From NCBI GenBank assembly GCA_947380065.1, contig CANCPL010000001.1:17661-81660 (forward strand): a DNA stretch of 64,000 bases, written 5' to 3'. The notes below the pieces were generated by a model. It did not search any database. It worked only from the letters and a program-made list of their open reading frames with translations, and was not told the DNA's origin. Position numbers and translations under genes: made by a program. Of the stretch, positions 35,985 through 47,648 are shown one piece after another (within the stretch, counting starts at the first letter, position 1; every line of letters begins with the position of its first letter). The DNA is from Burkholderiaceae bacterium (GTDB lineage: Bacteria; Pseudomonadota; Gammaproteobacteria; Burkholderiales; Burkholderiaceae).

Positions 35985-38972
35985 TTAAAGATGGCTAACA
36001 TTAGAGACTTCTAATAATTTTATAAAATCGGCCTCTGGAACTGGGCGGGCGAACAAATACCCCTGCCCTAATGTGCAACCCACACCTAACAGCGCTTGAC
36101 GCTGCTCCTCAGTCTCAACACCTTCAGCAATCGTATGCAAACTAAGGCCAGCGCCCATAGTCACCATGGCGCGCACCAATGCTTCGTCAGACTTGCTATG
36201 GGTAATCTGACGAGTAAAGGAGAAATCAATCTTAATGTAGTTGAAATTGAAGTTTCTGAGAGCTGAAAGCGAGGAATAGCCCGTTCCGAAATCATCAATA
36301 GCGAACTTAAAGCCTGATTTATGTAACAAGGCAATTTTTTGTGCAACTCGAGCATTCTGATTCATCATCGTATGCTCGGTCACCTCAAGAATAATCTGGC
36401 TACTGGATAAGCCACGCTCTTGCAAGTAGTCGATCCAATCTAATGCCGAATGCTTACTCGAATTAAACTGACTGGCTGAAACATTAATGCCAATACTGAT
36501 GTCTTTATTAATGACAGCTAAGTCTTTTAAGAATTGGCATACCTGCTTAAATACCCAGTCTCCTATCTCAATAATCAGGCCAGAATCTTCTGCGACTTCA
36601 ATGAAGTTCACTGGCAAACTCAACTGGCCATTTTCTTTTCTCCAACGCAAGAGTGCTTCAGCATGGAGAATCTTTCCTGATGCAAGATCTACGATTGGTT
36701 GATAGTGCAAGTAGAACTGATTGTTTTGTAGCGCCGCCCTAAGTTCTGAAATCACTCTCATCTTTTGATCAGCCACTTCTTGCAAGGACTGAGTAAAGTA
36801 ATGGAAACCATTTCTACCCTGAGACTTCACGGCATACATTGCCTGGTCAGCCTTCATCAATAAGCCTTTAGTGCTGGTGGCATCTTGAGGGTAAAAGGCA
36901 ATACCCAATGAAGCAGAAATATGAAAGACCTTGTTTTCTATTTCAATAGGCTCAGCAAGGCGATCTGTTATTCCAAGCAGCACTTTGTCCAAATTCTTAG
37001 GATGCTCGAGATCATTCAAAATAATAGTGAATTCATCGCCACCAATACGTGCAACCGTATCCGTCTCTCGTATTTCAGCCTTGAAGCGCTCAGCAACTAT
37101 GCGTAAGAGCTCATCACCTACATCATGCCCTGCGGTATCGTTGATATCCTTAAACCGATCCAAATCAACGAATAACAAAGCAAAATTATTTTTACTACGA
37201 TCTGCACGCTTGATAGATTCATCTACACGATCTAAAAATAAGCGGCGGTTAGGCAAGCCTGTTAAAGCATCGTAATTGGCCTGACGAGTAATAATTTCAC
37301 GATATTTCTTTTGATCTGATACTTGTGAAATCAGGCCCACCCGTTGACGAACCTTGCCTTTGTCATCCAAAGCAGAAAATAGCGACAAGAAGCCTAGGTA
37401 ATTGGTGCCATCACTACATTTAATCCAGACCTGACCCTCCCAATGTCCCACGGAATCTAAGGCGGGTAACAAATCTGCATATTCACTAGCGCCCTCTGCT
37501 TTTACCAATAGGGAGTGCAGGCTAAGGCCAGCAATTTGATTCTTCCCGTATCCCGTAATGCCTGTAAATACATCATTTACCAAGATAAATTCATTTTTGG
37601 GGTTGGTGATGAATACAGCCTCACCGATGGCTTGATATACCGAAGAAGTAATTTTTAAAAGGTCTTCATTCTTTTTTCTTTCGGTCAGATCAATTCCATA
37701 GATAGCAAATTTATCTCCGGCACTGACAGAGCCCCAGCTGATGTACTTTTTCTCACCATTTTTACAAACGATCCAGGATTCAACTGGCACCATCGGTGTA
37801 TTCGCATGCCTTACCTCATGTAAACGCTCATCCCATAGCTGCTCAATTTCTTTACGGTAAGCTGCGTCCGGATAAGCCAAGCTCCACCAGTCATCACTGA
37901 CCCCAAAATCACCAGCGCTATACCCAGTCAAGTTCGTATAAGCATCATTTATCAAATTCATGGCGCGTTTATCAATATCCAAAATGGCCATTGAAACCGG
38001 AATACGCTCAACAATTTCCTTGAATCGCCCTTCAGCTTTTACTAGGTCGATGTTTTTAGCCTGATTATTTTCAATCAGCAAACTAATCAGCAAACTCACT
38101 AAACCGATCAAACTCAGGAATATCCAAATACTGATCGGCGCTGGGTCATTCATCATGCTACGGTTAAAGAAGCCATGCCCGTCATAGGCGCCCAGTATTG
38201 ACTGAACCACTGTCATCGCTAACACTAGCATTGCCCCATGACGACCGTATCTCCAGGCAGCAATCAACAAGATGGGCAAAATCAAATAGCCATGATTTAC
38301 AAAGCTCACCTCATCAAATTGAGTATTGAGCCAACCAAAGAGAACGCCTTGCCCAAACAGAAATACCAAACCAAAAAATATTAAAACTTCGTATAGCTTG
38401 GGTGTCTTCAGCCAATCCGTTGGGACTCTTCTCCACACCAAGAGAACAGGGGTAAAAAATGCGGCGCCAAAAAAGTCACCAATAAACCAGGTATAAAACA
38501 CTGCCTGGAATTGTTGAGTCCCAGCTAAGCCAGATCGATAAATGATGGTGGCATCTATTAAGCCGCTACAGAGACCCAAAATAGTTGAAACCAAAACCAG
38601 CGAGGCAACATCTACTAAGGTAGATAAATTCCGATTAAATGGAAAAACTTTAGATAAAAGGTAAGTCGAGAGTATGCAACTGAGAGTACTGCCCGTTGCT
38701 AACAAAAAAGAGATGAGGATGCTAAAACCTCCCAGCATTTCTCCAGCCACTGCAGCAACAAAAAGATAAGGCCAATAGGAGATTCCAAAATTGAGCAGTA
38801 GTGCAAGACCAATACCTGCAGGAACCCAAATCAGACTAGCAACTGAATCCCCAGCAAAGTTTTGCAGAATGTAGCCAGCAATGTAGGCATATAACAAAGA
38901 CCAAACCAAGACTTGGTATGTTCTTAAAGATTTAAAATCGGGGGATTGAAAGAGTGTTTTGAGAAAGTTCAT
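35985..38972 (-). CDS. MASE1-PAS-PAS-GGDEF-EAL diguanylate cyclase/phosphodiesterase
   Basis: IWVPAG and WFIGD MASE1 motifs; RETD I-site with GGDEF; EAL and DDFGTGYSS. Confidence 0.92.
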   Translation of the reverse strand: MNFLKTLFQSPDFKSLRTYQVLVWSLLYAYIAGYILQNFAGDSVASLIWVPAGIGLALLLNFGISYWPYLFVAAVAGEMLGGFSILISFLLATGSTLSCILSTYLLSKVFPFNRNLSTLVDVASLVLVSTILGLCSGLIDATIIYRSGLAGTQQFQAVFYTWFIGDFFGAAFFTPVLLVWRRVPTDWLKTPKLYEVLIFFGLVFLFGQGVLFGWLNTQFDEVSFVNHGYLILPILLIAAWRYGRHGAMLVLAMTVVQSILGAYDGHGFFNRSMMNDPAPISIWIFLSLIGLVSLLISLLIENNQAKNIDLVKAEGRFKEIVERIPVSMAILDIDKRAMNLINDAYTNLTGYSAGDFGVSDDWWSLAYPDAAYRKEIEQLWDERLHEVRHANTPMVPVESWIVCKNGEKKYISWGSVSAGDKFAIYGIDLTERKKNEDLLKITSSVYQAIGEAVFITNPKNEFILVNDVFTGITGYGKNQIAGLSLHSLLVKAEGASEYADLLPALDSVGHWEGQVWIKCSDGTNYLGFLSLFSALDDKGKVRQRVGLISQVSDQKKYREIITRQANYDALTGLPNRRLFLDRVDESIKRADRSKNNFALLFVDLDRFKDINDTAGHDVGDELLRIVAERFKAEIRETDTVARIGGDEFTIILNDLEHPKNLDKVLLGITDRLAEPIEIENKVFHISASLGIAFYPQDATSTKGLLMKADQAMYAVKSQGRNGFHYFTQSLQEVADQKMRVISELRAALQNNQFYLHYQPIVDLASGKILHAEALLRWRKENGQLSLPVNFIEVAEDSGLIIEIGDWVFKQVCQFLKDLAVINKDISIGINVSASQFNSSKHSALDWIDYLQERGLSSSQIILEVTEHTMMNQNARVAQKIALLHKSGFKFAIDDFGTGYSSLSALRNFNFNYIKIDFSFTRQITHSKSDEALVRAMVTMGAGLSLHTIAEGVETEEQRQALLGVGCTLGQGYLFARPVPEADFIKLLEVSNVSHL

Positions 38973-39116
38973 CTGTCACTTAATTCTGGGTTCTGGGTCT
39001 GAGCTTACAATACTCTAACACCCCCTTTAGGCCTTCACTTGAATGCCCCACTTTGCATCGACACATATAAAACAAGCCGTAAAACCTCAGTCCGGCTTGT
39101 CAAGGTAAGATTTAGC

Positions 39117-40244
39117 ATGATTCAAACTCCTTCTACCCCTATTCAATTTGATTATCCCCAGCAGGACTCGGCTGGACTCACCTGTACAGCTCAGGCTTGG
39201 GCCAAAGCCCCGCCGCCATTAACAGCTCCAGAAAGATCGCAAGTCCTTGAAAAAATCAAAGTACTTTTGCGTGAAAAAGATGCTGTTTTAGTTGCTCACT
39301 ATTATGTAGATGCGGATATTCAGGACTTGGCCTTAGAAACCGGGGGTTACGTTGCCGATTCCTTAGAAATGGCCCGCTTTGGGAAGAATCACCAGGCGAA
39401 CAATTTGATTGTTGCTGGTGTCCGCTTCATGGGCGAAACCGCAAAAATACTCAGCCCAGAAAAGCGTATCTTTATGCCAGATTTAGAGGCAACTTGCTCT
39501 CTCGATTTAGGCTGTAATGCAGCAGACTTTGCCACCTTTAGAGCAATGCACCCTGACCGGGTTGTAGTTGTCTACGCCAATACCAGCGCAGCCGTTAAAG
39601 CCCAAGCGGATTGGATGGTAACTAGCTCTTGCGCCCTAGCCATCGTTCATCAACTCAAAGTTGAGGGTAAAAAAATCTTGTGGGCCCCTGATCGTCATTT
39701 AGGACGCTACATCCAGGACCAAACCGGTGCGGATATGCTGCTTTGGAATGGCGCCTGCATCGTGCATGATGAATTCAAGGCTGTAGAGCTAGAGCTCCTA
39801 AAAGCGAAATACCCCAATGCAAAAGTGCTGGTTCACCCAGAGTCCCCACAAGCCGTTGTTGATCTGGCCAATGTCGTAGGCTCGACCTCTGCCATGATTA
39901 AGGCTGTTGTTGAGGGCACTGCAAGCGAATATATCGTGGCAACAGACAATGGCATCTTGCATCGGATGCGTCAACTAGCTCCTCATAAAACTTTAATTGA
40001 AGCACCAACTGCGGGTAATAGTGCAACCTGCAAAAGCTGTGCTCACTGCCCTTGGATGGCCATGAATGGTCTGGCAGGGATTCTTGATTGCCTAGAAAAT
40101 CATTCTGGGGAAGTTTTTGTTAACGAACCCATACGCTCACAAGCGCTGGGATGTATGGACCGCATGCTGGACTTTACACAAAATCACCCTGATCTGCTAG
40201 CCAAAGCGCAGCACGGTTTTGTTAAAAATCTTGGCGCAGCCTGA
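39117..40244 (+). CDS. nadA: quinolinate synthase
   Basis: LVAHYY, TCSLD, YANTSA, CIVH and CPWMAMN motifs. Confidence 0.96.
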   Translation: MIQTPSTPIQFDYPQQDSAGLTCTAQAWAKAPPPLTAPERSQVLEKIKVLLREKDAVLVAHYYVDADIQDLALETGGYVADSLEMARFGKNHQANNLIVAGVRFMGETAKILSPEKRIFMPDLEATCSLDLGCNAADFATFRAMHPDRVVVVYANTSAAVKAQADWMVTSSCALAIVHQLKVEGKKILWAPDRHLGRYIQDQTGADMLLWNGACIVHDEFKAVELELLKAKYPNAKVLVHPESPQAVVDLANVVGSTSAMIKAVVEGTASEYIVATDNGILHRMRQLAPHKTLIEAPTAGNSATCKSCAHCPWMAMNGLAGILDCLENHSGEVFVNEPIRSQALGCMDRMLDFTQNHPDLLAKAQHGFVKNLGAA

Positions 40245-40273
40245 TCTATTAAAAAGCAGATAAGAAATAATCT

Positions 40274-41131
40274 ATGTTTGATTTCAATGAGACTTTAGAA
40301 CAAGCGCGCCAACGCAATATCTATGACGCACTTTTAGAAGACATCGGCACCGGCGATTGGACCGCGAAATTAGTTCCTAGCAAAATTGTTCAGGCCCAAC
40401 TGATTATTCGCCAAGAAGCAGTCCTATGCGGCGTTGATTGGTTTGAAGGCACATTAAAAAAATTAGACCCGCAAGCCAAAGTGACATGGTATTACATTGA
40501 GGGCGACTTGATGAAGCCCAACACGACAGTGTGCGATATAGAAGCAAACTCTCAAGCCCTTCTCTCGGCAGAGCGTACTTGTATTAATTTTTTACAAACG
40601 CTATCTTGGACAGCCACCATCACTCGCCAACATGTGGAGGCTATTGCAGGCGCAAGTCCCAACCCCAATGGCTGTGCTGTGCTAGATACCCGCAAAACCC
40701 TTCCTGGTTTACGCCAAGCTCAAAAATACGCCGTTCGAGTGGGGCATGGTCAAAATCAACGTTTAGCTTTATGGCATGGAATTCTGATTAAAGAAAATCA
40801 TATTGCAGCAGCTGGTAGCGTCACTGCTGCCCTAAAGAATGCACAAGCCTTGAATGCAGGTGTAGAGATTCAGATTGAAGTTGAAAATTTTTCTGAACTA
40901 GAAGAAGCACTCGCGGCGGGAGCAAAAAATATCCTGATTGATAACTTCAATACCGAGCAAATGAAGCAGGCTGTTGGCATTACTAATGGTCGCGCACTAC
41001 TCGAAGCTTCTGGCGGTATCAATCTTGAGCAAATGCGGGCGATTGCTGCAACCGGGGTTGATCGAATTTCCCTAGGAAAATTGACTAAAGATGTTATCGC
41101 TGTAGATTTCTCAATGAGAATTCTCGGGTAA
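40274..41131 (+). CDS. nadC: nicotinate-nucleotide diphosphorylase (carboxylating)
   Basis: DTRKTLPG, LIKENH and EASGG motifs. Confidence 0.96.
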   Translation: MFDFNETLEQARQRNIYDALLEDIGTGDWTAKLVPSKIVQAQLIIRQEAVLCGVDWFEGTLKKLDPQAKVTWYYIEGDLMKPNTTVCDIEANSQALLSAERTCINFLQTLSWTATITRQHVEAIAGASPNPNGCAVLDTRKTLPGLRQAQKYAVRVGHGQNQRLALWHGILIKENHIAAAGSVTAALKNAQALNAGVEIQIEVENFSELEEALAAGAKNILIDNFNTEQMKQAVGITNGRALLEASGGINLEQMRAIAATGVDRISLGKLTKDVIAVDFSMRILG

Positions 41132-41152
41132 AACCGATATATCTCTGGCTTA

Positions 41153-42808
41153 CTAAGCGTCTTGAGGGGTTTCACCACCCTCGGCTTGAGGGGTCAAAAT
41201 CGTTGGGTAAGAAACAGCCCAGGTACCTGGATAGTCTCGGCTGTAATGCAGCCCCCTACTCTCTCTGCGCATTAAGGCTGAGCGCACAATTAGTTCAGCG
41301 CACTCCAATAGATTGCGTAACTCGATCAGATCTCGCGTCACTTTAAAGTTTGCGTAGTACTCTTGCACTTCATAACGTAGCAATTTGATACGGTGTAATG
41401 CGCGCTCTAATCTACGGTTTGTTCTCACAATACCGACATAGTTCCACATCAACGATCGCAACTCGTCCCAGTTATGTGCAATCACCACTTGTTCATCAGC
41501 GTCTTCAACTTGACTCTCATCCCACAATGGGAGAGGCGGGATGGCTGGAGTCTTGAGTGATGAGATATCTTCCGCAGCTGCCTTGCCAATCACGACACAC
41601 TCTAAAAGTGAATTACTGGCCAAGCGATTGGCACCATGCAAACCGGTATAGGTCGCTTCACCTACTGCATAAAGGCCCGGTAAATCCGTGCGCCCCTTAA
41701 GATCTGTCACAACACCTCCGCAGGTGTAATGTGCAGCAGGAACAACCGGAATAGGTTCTTTGGTGATATCTAAGCCAAGACTTAGGCAACGCGCATAAAT
41801 CATGGGGAAGTGTTCTTTGATAAATGCCTCACCCAAGTGGGTAGCATCTAAATGGACATAATCCAAGCCATGCTTCTTCATTTCAAAGTCAATGGCGCGG
41901 GCCACAATATCACGAGGAGCTAATTCCTTACGCTCATCATGGTCAGGCATAAAACGTGTGCCGTCTGGTAACTTTAATAGGCCACCCTCACCCCTCATTG
42001 CTTCAGTAATGAGAAAGGTTCGATCACTCGGGTGATACAAGCAAGTGGGATGAAACTGAATAAATTCCATATTGCCAACTCGGCATCCAGCACGCCAAGC
42101 CATCGCAATGCCATCCCCAGTTGCGGTATCGGGATTGCTGGTGTAGCGATAGACCTTACCAACCCCGCCTGTTGCCAGCACTACTGACTTTGCCTGAATG
42201 GTTTCAACCCGATTGTTTTTGATATCTAAGGCATACACCCCATAACAACGATTAGGCTTGCCACGCAGCGTCTTTGTTTCTAACTGACGATTGGTGATGA
42301 GATCAAGGGCAATCCAGTGCTCTAGGATTTGAATATTTTTATGTGCTCTAGCTTTATCAAGCAATACCTCATGAATTGCTTTACCAGTAGCATCTGCAGC
42401 ATGTGCAATACGGCGATGACTATGGCCACCCTCACGCGTGAGGTGTAAACCCATTGGGCCAGTTTCATCCTCAGTAAAAGGCACACCCTGCTCGACTAAC
42501 CAACGAATCGCTTCAGCGCTTTGCTCTGCTATATAACGTGCAGTAGATTCAACGACAAGCCCAGCGCCAGCATCCAAAGTATCAGCAACATGGGAGTCAA
42601 TGCTGTCATGCTCCTTGTCGACTACACCAACAATGCCACCTTGGGCCCAGGCCGTAGCAGCCTCGCCTAGTGCGCGCTTAGCCATGAGGATCACCGGCTG
42701 GGTTTCTGCGGTGTGCAATGCCACCGTTAGGCCAGCTAAACCAGCGCCAATAATGAGGACCGGTAAATCCGCTTTTGCTTGAGAAGGTGAAGGTATTGAG
42801 CTAGCCAT
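41153..42808 (-). CDS. nadB: L-aspartate oxidase
   Basis: GAGLAG, WAQGG, REGGHS, QFHPT and [11 protein letters not shown] motifs. Confidence 0.96.
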   Translation of the reverse strand: MASSIPSPSQAKADLPVLIIGAGLAGLTVALHTAETQPVILMAKRALGEAATAWAQGGIVGVVDKEHDSIDSHVADTLDAGAGLVVESTARYIAEQSAEAIRWLVEQGVPFTEDETGPMGLHLTREGGHSHRRIAHAADATGKAIHEVLLDKARAHKNIQILEHWIALDLITNRQLETKTLRGKPNRCYGVYALDIKNNRVETIQAKSVVLATGGVGKVYRYTSNPDTATGDGIAMAWRAGCRVGNMEFIQFHPTCLYHPSDRTFLITEAMRGEGGLLKLPDGTRFMPDHDERKELAPRDIVARAIDFEMKKHGLDYVHLDATHLGEAFIKEHFPMIYARCLSLGLDITKEPIPVVPAAHYTCGGVVTDLKGRTDLPGLYAVGEATYTGLHGANRLASNSLLECVVIGKAAAEDISSLKTPAIPPLPLWDESQVEDADEQVVIAHNWDELRSLMWNYVGIVRTNRRLERALHRIKLLRYEVQEYYANFKVTRDLIELRNLLECAELIVRSALMRRESRGLHYSRDYPGTWAVSYPTILTPQAEGGETPQDA

Positions 42809-42853
42809 GTATGACCCATTCTAAAGGGCAATTCAAAATGATGAGGGCTATGT

Positions 42854-42878
42854 AAAAAGGCTCCTTTTGGGAGCCCTC
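42854..42878 (-). terminator. rho-independent terminator after the formate dehydrogenase genes
   Basis: GGCTCC/GGAGCC stem followed by T5 on the minus strand. Confidence 0.7.
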
Positions 42879-42898
42879 TTACTGATTTCCGTAAGCGC

Positions 42899-45793
42899 TT
42901 AAATATTAGCAGTCAGACTAGGGCCATTAGGAGCGTTGGTACCGTAGCCCATGATCTGTGCGGCCTGCCCACCTTTTGCCAACTTCACTGCACAGTACTT
43001 GAACTCTGGAATTTTTCCAAATGGATCTAAGGCTGAGTTCGTAATCAGATTAGCCGCAGCCTCATAGTAAGCAAATGGAATAAAAATGACGCCGCGTGGG
43101 GTGCCATCATCTCTCCGCACGTGAATGCCAACTTCACCGCGACGAGATTGAACAGTCACCACATCACCGGCCACAATCCCTAGCTGAGTCATATCTTCAC
43201 CATGCATCGATACAGTGGCCATTGGTTCGATGGCGTCCAAGATCGTTGCTCTTCTAGTCATGCTTCCTGTATGCCAATGCTCTAACTGACGACCCGTAAT
43301 CAATACAAACGGGTATTCAGTATCTGGTCTTTCATTGGCGGGAATGATGTCAGCCGGAACCAATTTGACTCTGCCATCAATGGTTGCGAAGTGGTCATCA
43401 AATACGATGGGACGACCAGGATCTTCTTCTGATAAACATGGATAAGTAACGCTAGATTCTCTTTCGAGACGCTCCCAAGTAATACCCCTAATAGCAGCAT
43501 GCATGGCAAGACGCATTTCATCATAGACTTCAGCAACACCAGCATCAGGGCCTTGGTAATTCCAATCCAATCCCATGCGTTTAGCAATTTCTTGAATGAT
43601 CCAGAGATCGGGTTTTGCATCACCTGGAGGATTAATGGCTTTTTTTCCCATCTGTACCATGCGATCGGTATTGCTAGCAGTGCCAACCTTTTCAGGCCAA
43701 GCACTTGCTGGTAAAACGACATCAGCCAAAAGTGCTGTTTCAGTCATGAAGATATCTTGTACAACTAAGTGCTCTAGTGATACAAGTGCATGACGAGCGT
43801 GATTTAAATCAGGATCACTCATCGCTGGATTTTCACCTTCGATATACATGCCGCGAATCTTATCGAGATCACTATCGGGCGCAGTGATCTTGTGCATGAT
43901 TTCTACCACAGTATATCCAGGCTTTTTATCGAGTTTGGTATCCCAAAAGTTCTCAAACCAGGCATGTGCAGCATCATGATCTACACGTTGATAATTTGGG
44001 AACATCATTGGTATCAAGCCGGCATCACTAGCGCCCTGCACGTTATTCTGACCACGCAAAGGATGAAGTCCAGATCCTGGCTTACCAATTTGACCTGTAA
44101 TACTGACTAAGGCAATCAAACAACGCGCATTATCTGTGCCATGAACGTGCTGGCTAACGCCCATACCCCACAAAATCATGGCTGATTTAGTGGTGGCAAA
44201 TTCTCTAGCAACTTCACGCAAGGTTTCTGCTGGAATACCGCAGATAGGCGCCATTACTTCAGGGCTATAACCTTTAATGTTCTCTTTGAGTGTTTCAAAA
44301 TTATTAGCGCGCTCCTGAATAAAGTTTTGATCTGCTAGTCCTTCTTCAATGATCGTATAGATCATGGCATTCAGCATGGCCACATCGGTATCCGGCTTGA
44401 ACTGCATTGTGCGCCAGGCATGCTTACTGATATCAGTCAATCGAGGATCACACAGCACAATCTTGGCACCCCGTTTAGCGGCATTCTTAAACCAAGTAGC
44501 AGCCACAGGATGGTTGGCTGTTGGGTTTGACCCAATCAACATAATCAAGCTCGAGTTCTCAACGTCATTGACTTGATTACTTACGGCACCAGAACCGACA
44601 CCCTCAAGCAATGCTGCCACAGAAGATGCATGGCAAAGGCGCGTGCAATGATCTACGTTGTTATTTCCAAAGCCAGTACGAACCAATTTCTGAAATAGAT
44701 AAGCCTCTTCGTTGCTTCCTTTAGCAGATCCAAAGCCTGCCAATACTTTTAAGCCATACTGATCCTTCAGTTTTTTTAGGCCGCCGCCAGCATATTCCAA
44801 GGCTTCTTCCCAGCTGGCTTCTCGGAAAATATGAGACCAGTCTTGCTTGCCTTCAAGCATAGATTCGTCCTTTGGAACTCCAGGTTTACGAATCAATGGC
44901 TTCGTTAAGCGCTGAGGATTATGGATGTAATCCATACCAAAGCGCCCTTTGACACACAGGCGATTGTGATTAGCTGGTCCATCACGACCCTCAACGCTCA
45001 CAATTTTTTCATCTTTAACGTTATAAGTAATCTGACAACCTACTCCGCAGAATGGGCATACAGAATCTACCTTACGATCAACGATTTGAGAGCCAATTAA
45101 ACCTTTAGGCATCAATGCGCCCGTTGGACATGCTTGCACGCATTCGCCACAAGCCACGCAAGTGCTATCACCCATAGGATCATTTAGATCAAATACGATT
45201 TCGCTATGACTACCGCGCATAGCGTAGCCAATCACATCATTTACCTGCTCTTCACGGCAGGCGCGCACGCAACGATTGCACTGAATGCAGGCATCCAGAT
45301 TGACCGCCATTGCCGGATGAGAAACATCGCTTGTCACTTTTTCGCGCCGCAAGGCCTTGAGTTCAGGGCGAACCGTAACATCCATACGTGCAGCCCAAGT
45401 ACTGAGCTCACCATGTTGGTTTTTTTGCTCCTCTTCGGCGTTATCACCTACCCATTTAAAGCCTTCATCAGGCATATCAGAGAGTAGCATCTCGAGCACT
45501 AGCTTCTGACTCTTTACAGCGCGTTCGCTATTAGCTTTGACATCCATGCCAGGTGTAGCGCTTCTGCAGCAGCTCGGAGCAAGCGTACGTTCACCATTAA
45601 TTTCAACTACGCAAGCACGGCAATTGCCATCAGGACGATAGCCATCTTTAAAGCAGAGGTGCGGAATATCAATGCCATGTCTCTTGGCAGCTTTGAGAAT
45701 CGTCTCGCCTTCGTAAGAGATGATGGTTTGACCATCTAACTTGAACTCAACGGTTTGTAATTCGAGTTCTTTAGGATTTGTGGGTGCGTTCAT
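42899..45793 (-). CDS. fdhF: NAD-dependent formate dehydrogenase alpha subunit (Mo/W-bis-PGD)
   Basis: N-terminal 2Fe-2S and 4Fe-4S motifs, CPFCGVGC, RLCH (Cys ligand) and RGQNNVQG. Confidence 0.92.
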   Translation of the reverse strand: MNAPTNPKELELQTVEFKLDGQTIISYEGETILKAAKRHGIDIPHLCFKDGYRPDGNCRACVVEINGERTLAPSCCRSATPGMDVKANSERAVKSQKLVLEMLLSDMPDEGFKWVGDNAEEEQKNQHGELSTWAARMDVTVRPELKALRREKVTSDVSHPAMAVNLDACIQCNRCVRACREEQVNDVIGYAMRGSHSEIVFDLNDPMGDSTCVACGECVQACPTGALMPKGLIGSQIVDRKVDSVCPFCGVGCQITYNVKDEKIVSVEGRDGPANHNRLCVKGRFGMDYIHNPQRLTKPLIRKPGVPKDESMLEGKQDWSHIFREASWEEALEYAGGGLKKLKDQYGLKVLAGFGSAKGSNEEAYLFQKLVRTGFGNNNVDHCTRLCHASSVAALLEGVGSGAVSNQVNDVENSSLIMLIGSNPTANHPVAATWFKNAAKRGAKIVLCDPRLTDISKHAWRTMQFKPDTDVAMLNAMIYTIIEEGLADQNFIQERANNFETLKENIKGYSPEVMAPICGIPAETLREVAREFATTKSAMILWGMGVSQHVHGTDNARCLIALVSITGQIGKPGSGLHPLRGQNNVQGASDAGLIPMMFPNYQRVDHDAAHAWFENFWDTKLDKKPGYTVVEIMHKITAPDSDLDKIRGMYIEGENPAMSDPDLNHARHALVSLEHLVVQDIFMTETALLADVVLPASAWPEKVGTASNTDRMVQMGKKAINPPGDAKPDLWIIQEIAKRMGLDWNYQGPDAGVAEVYDEMRLAMHAAIRGITWERLERESSVTYPCLSEEDPGRPIVFDDHFATIDGRVKLVPADIIPANERPDTEYPFVLITGRQLEHWHTGSMTRRATILDAIEPMATVSMHGEDMTQLGIVAGDVVTVQSRRGEVGIHVRRDDGTPRGVIFIPFAYYEAAANLITNSALDPFGKIPEFKYCAVKLAKGGQAAQIMGYGTNAPNGPSLTANI

Positions 45794-45845
45794 GTTTGTC
45801 TCGTTATTTCCTGATTGTTCTATGTACTTAGGTTAAGCAACTTCC

Positions 45846-47648
45846 TTATTGAACTTCTTCAGGGAAATATTTATGAATACAGCGAATCGGGTTTGGTGCC
45901 GCTTGACCTAAGCCACAAATAGAAGCATCAACCATGACAGTGGCCAAGTCTTCTAAAGTTTCTTGATCCCAAGATTTAGCTTGCATTAACTTGGCTGCTT
46001 TACCAGTGCCTACTCGACAAGGTGTGCATTGACCACAGCTCTCATGCTCAAAGAAATGCATCACGTTCAATGCCATATCGCGGGCTTTATCTTTATCACT
46101 GAAGACCATGACCGCTGCAGAGCCAATGAAGCAACCATAAGGCTGCAAGGTATCAAAGTCGAGCGGGATATCATTCATCGTCGCTGGCAAGATGCCGCCG
46201 GATGCACCACCAGGTAAATAGCCGTAAAACTGATGACCATCTTGCATACCACCGCAGTACTCATCAATCAGTTCTTGGATCGTGATACCAGCCGGCGCCA
46301 ACTTGACCCCAGGCTTCTTCACGCGCCCGCTAACGCTAAAACTACGCAAGCCTTTGCGATCATGGCGGCCAAAAGAACTAAACCACTCAGGCCCACGCTG
46401 AACAATATCGCGCACCCAATAGAGAGTCTCAAAGTTGTGCTCTAAAGTTGGACGTCCAAATAATCCAACTTGTGCAATATACGGGGGACGCATGCGCGGC
46501 TCACCGCGCTTGCCTTCAATACTCTCAATCATCGCGGATTCTTCACCGCAAATATAAGCACCAGCGCCACGACGTAATTCGATATTCGGCAACTTAAATG
46601 GCGGATTAGCCTTGAGCTTTGCTAACTCAGCTTCGAGCAATTCTCGGCAGCCGTGATACTCGTCACGCAAATAGATATAGCAAGCATCAATACCAACCAC
46701 GCTTGCTGCAATTAAGAGACCCTCTAAGAAGCGATGTGGATCACGTTCCAAGTAAGTGCGGTCTTTAAAGGTGCCTGGCTCACCTTCATCAATATTTACA
46801 GCCATTAATTTTGGAGCAACTTGATCTTTAACAATGCGCCACTTTCTACCAGCCGGAAATCCTGCGCCACCAAGACCGCGCAAACCAGAGCTCTCCATTG
46901 CCTTGATGATGCTCTCTGCGTCTTTTTTGCCATCGAAGATTTCTTTAGCTAAAGCATAACCACCTTGTGCACTATAGGACTCATAACCAACATAGTCAGG
47001 AGAGACTGATTGCATCTCACCTTGGGGAGAAACGCCCTGTTCCGCCAAAGCCGCAGGATCAAAGACAGCATCATCTTTTGCCATTGGCTGGGTAGTTAAA
47101 TTATTCTTTACAGCAGCTACTACTTTGTCAGTCGTGGCAAATAAGACTGGGTATTGATGCACCACTGCTACAGGCGCCTGTTCACAACGGCCTACGCATG
47201 GTGCAGCTGCCACTTTGATATTCGGATTACCCAAAATACCCGGCAATTTAGCCAAAAGATTTTGCGCGCCCGCCAATTCACAAGCAATACCATCGCAAAC
47301 CCGGATGACGATATCTGCTACAGGGTCATTGCCACGGACTACTTCAAAATGATGGTAGAAAGTAGCGACTTCATATACTTCCGCCATGGGAAGATTCATC
47401 TCTTTTGCAAGAGCAACCAAATGTCGATCATGCAAAGCACGATATTCATCATTGAGCTTATGCAGATTTTCAATTAACAAGTCACGACGATGCGGTGCAT
47501 TTCCAATCAGCTTACGTACTTCTGCTATAGAAGCATCATCCGCTTGGCGGCCTTTTAATTTACTTTTACGGCGAATGGTTTCCCGCAAATCATCTGCAGT
47601 TGCAACGGCAACCGCTTTGACTTCTCCTGAAGGCTTTGGATGATTCAT
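45846..47648 (-). CDS. formate dehydrogenase beta subunit, NuoE+NuoF-like fusion
   Basis: ATFYHHF with 2Fe-2S cysteines, then LRGLGGAGFP, YICGEE and CGQCTPCR. Confidence 0.9.
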   Translation of the reverse strand: MNHPKPSGEVKAVAVATADDLRETIRRKSKLKGRQADDASIAEVRKLIGNAPHRRDLLIENLHKLNDEYRALHDRHLVALAKEMNLPMAEVYEVATFYHHFEVVRGNDPVADIVIRVCDGIACELAGAQNLLAKLPGILGNPNIKVAAAPCVGRCEQAPVAVVHQYPVLFATTDKVVAAVKNNLTTQPMAKDDAVFDPAALAEQGVSPQGEMQSVSPDYVGYESYSAQGGYALAKEIFDGKKDAESIIKAMESSGLRGLGGAGFPAGRKWRIVKDQVAPKLMAVNIDEGEPGTFKDRTYLERDPHRFLEGLLIAASVVGIDACYIYLRDEYHGCRELLEAELAKLKANPPFKLPNIELRRGAGAYICGEESAMIESIEGKRGEPRMRPPYIAQVGLFGRPTLEHNFETLYWVRDIVQRGPEWFSSFGRHDRKGLRSFSVSGRVKKPGVKLAPAGITIQELIDEYCGGMQDGHQFYGYLPGGASGGILPATMNDIPLDFDTLQPYGCFIGSAAVMVFSDKDKARDMALNVMHFFEHESCGQCTPCRVGTGKAAKLMQAKSWDQETLEDLATVMVDASICGLGQAAPNPIRCIHKYFPEEVQ

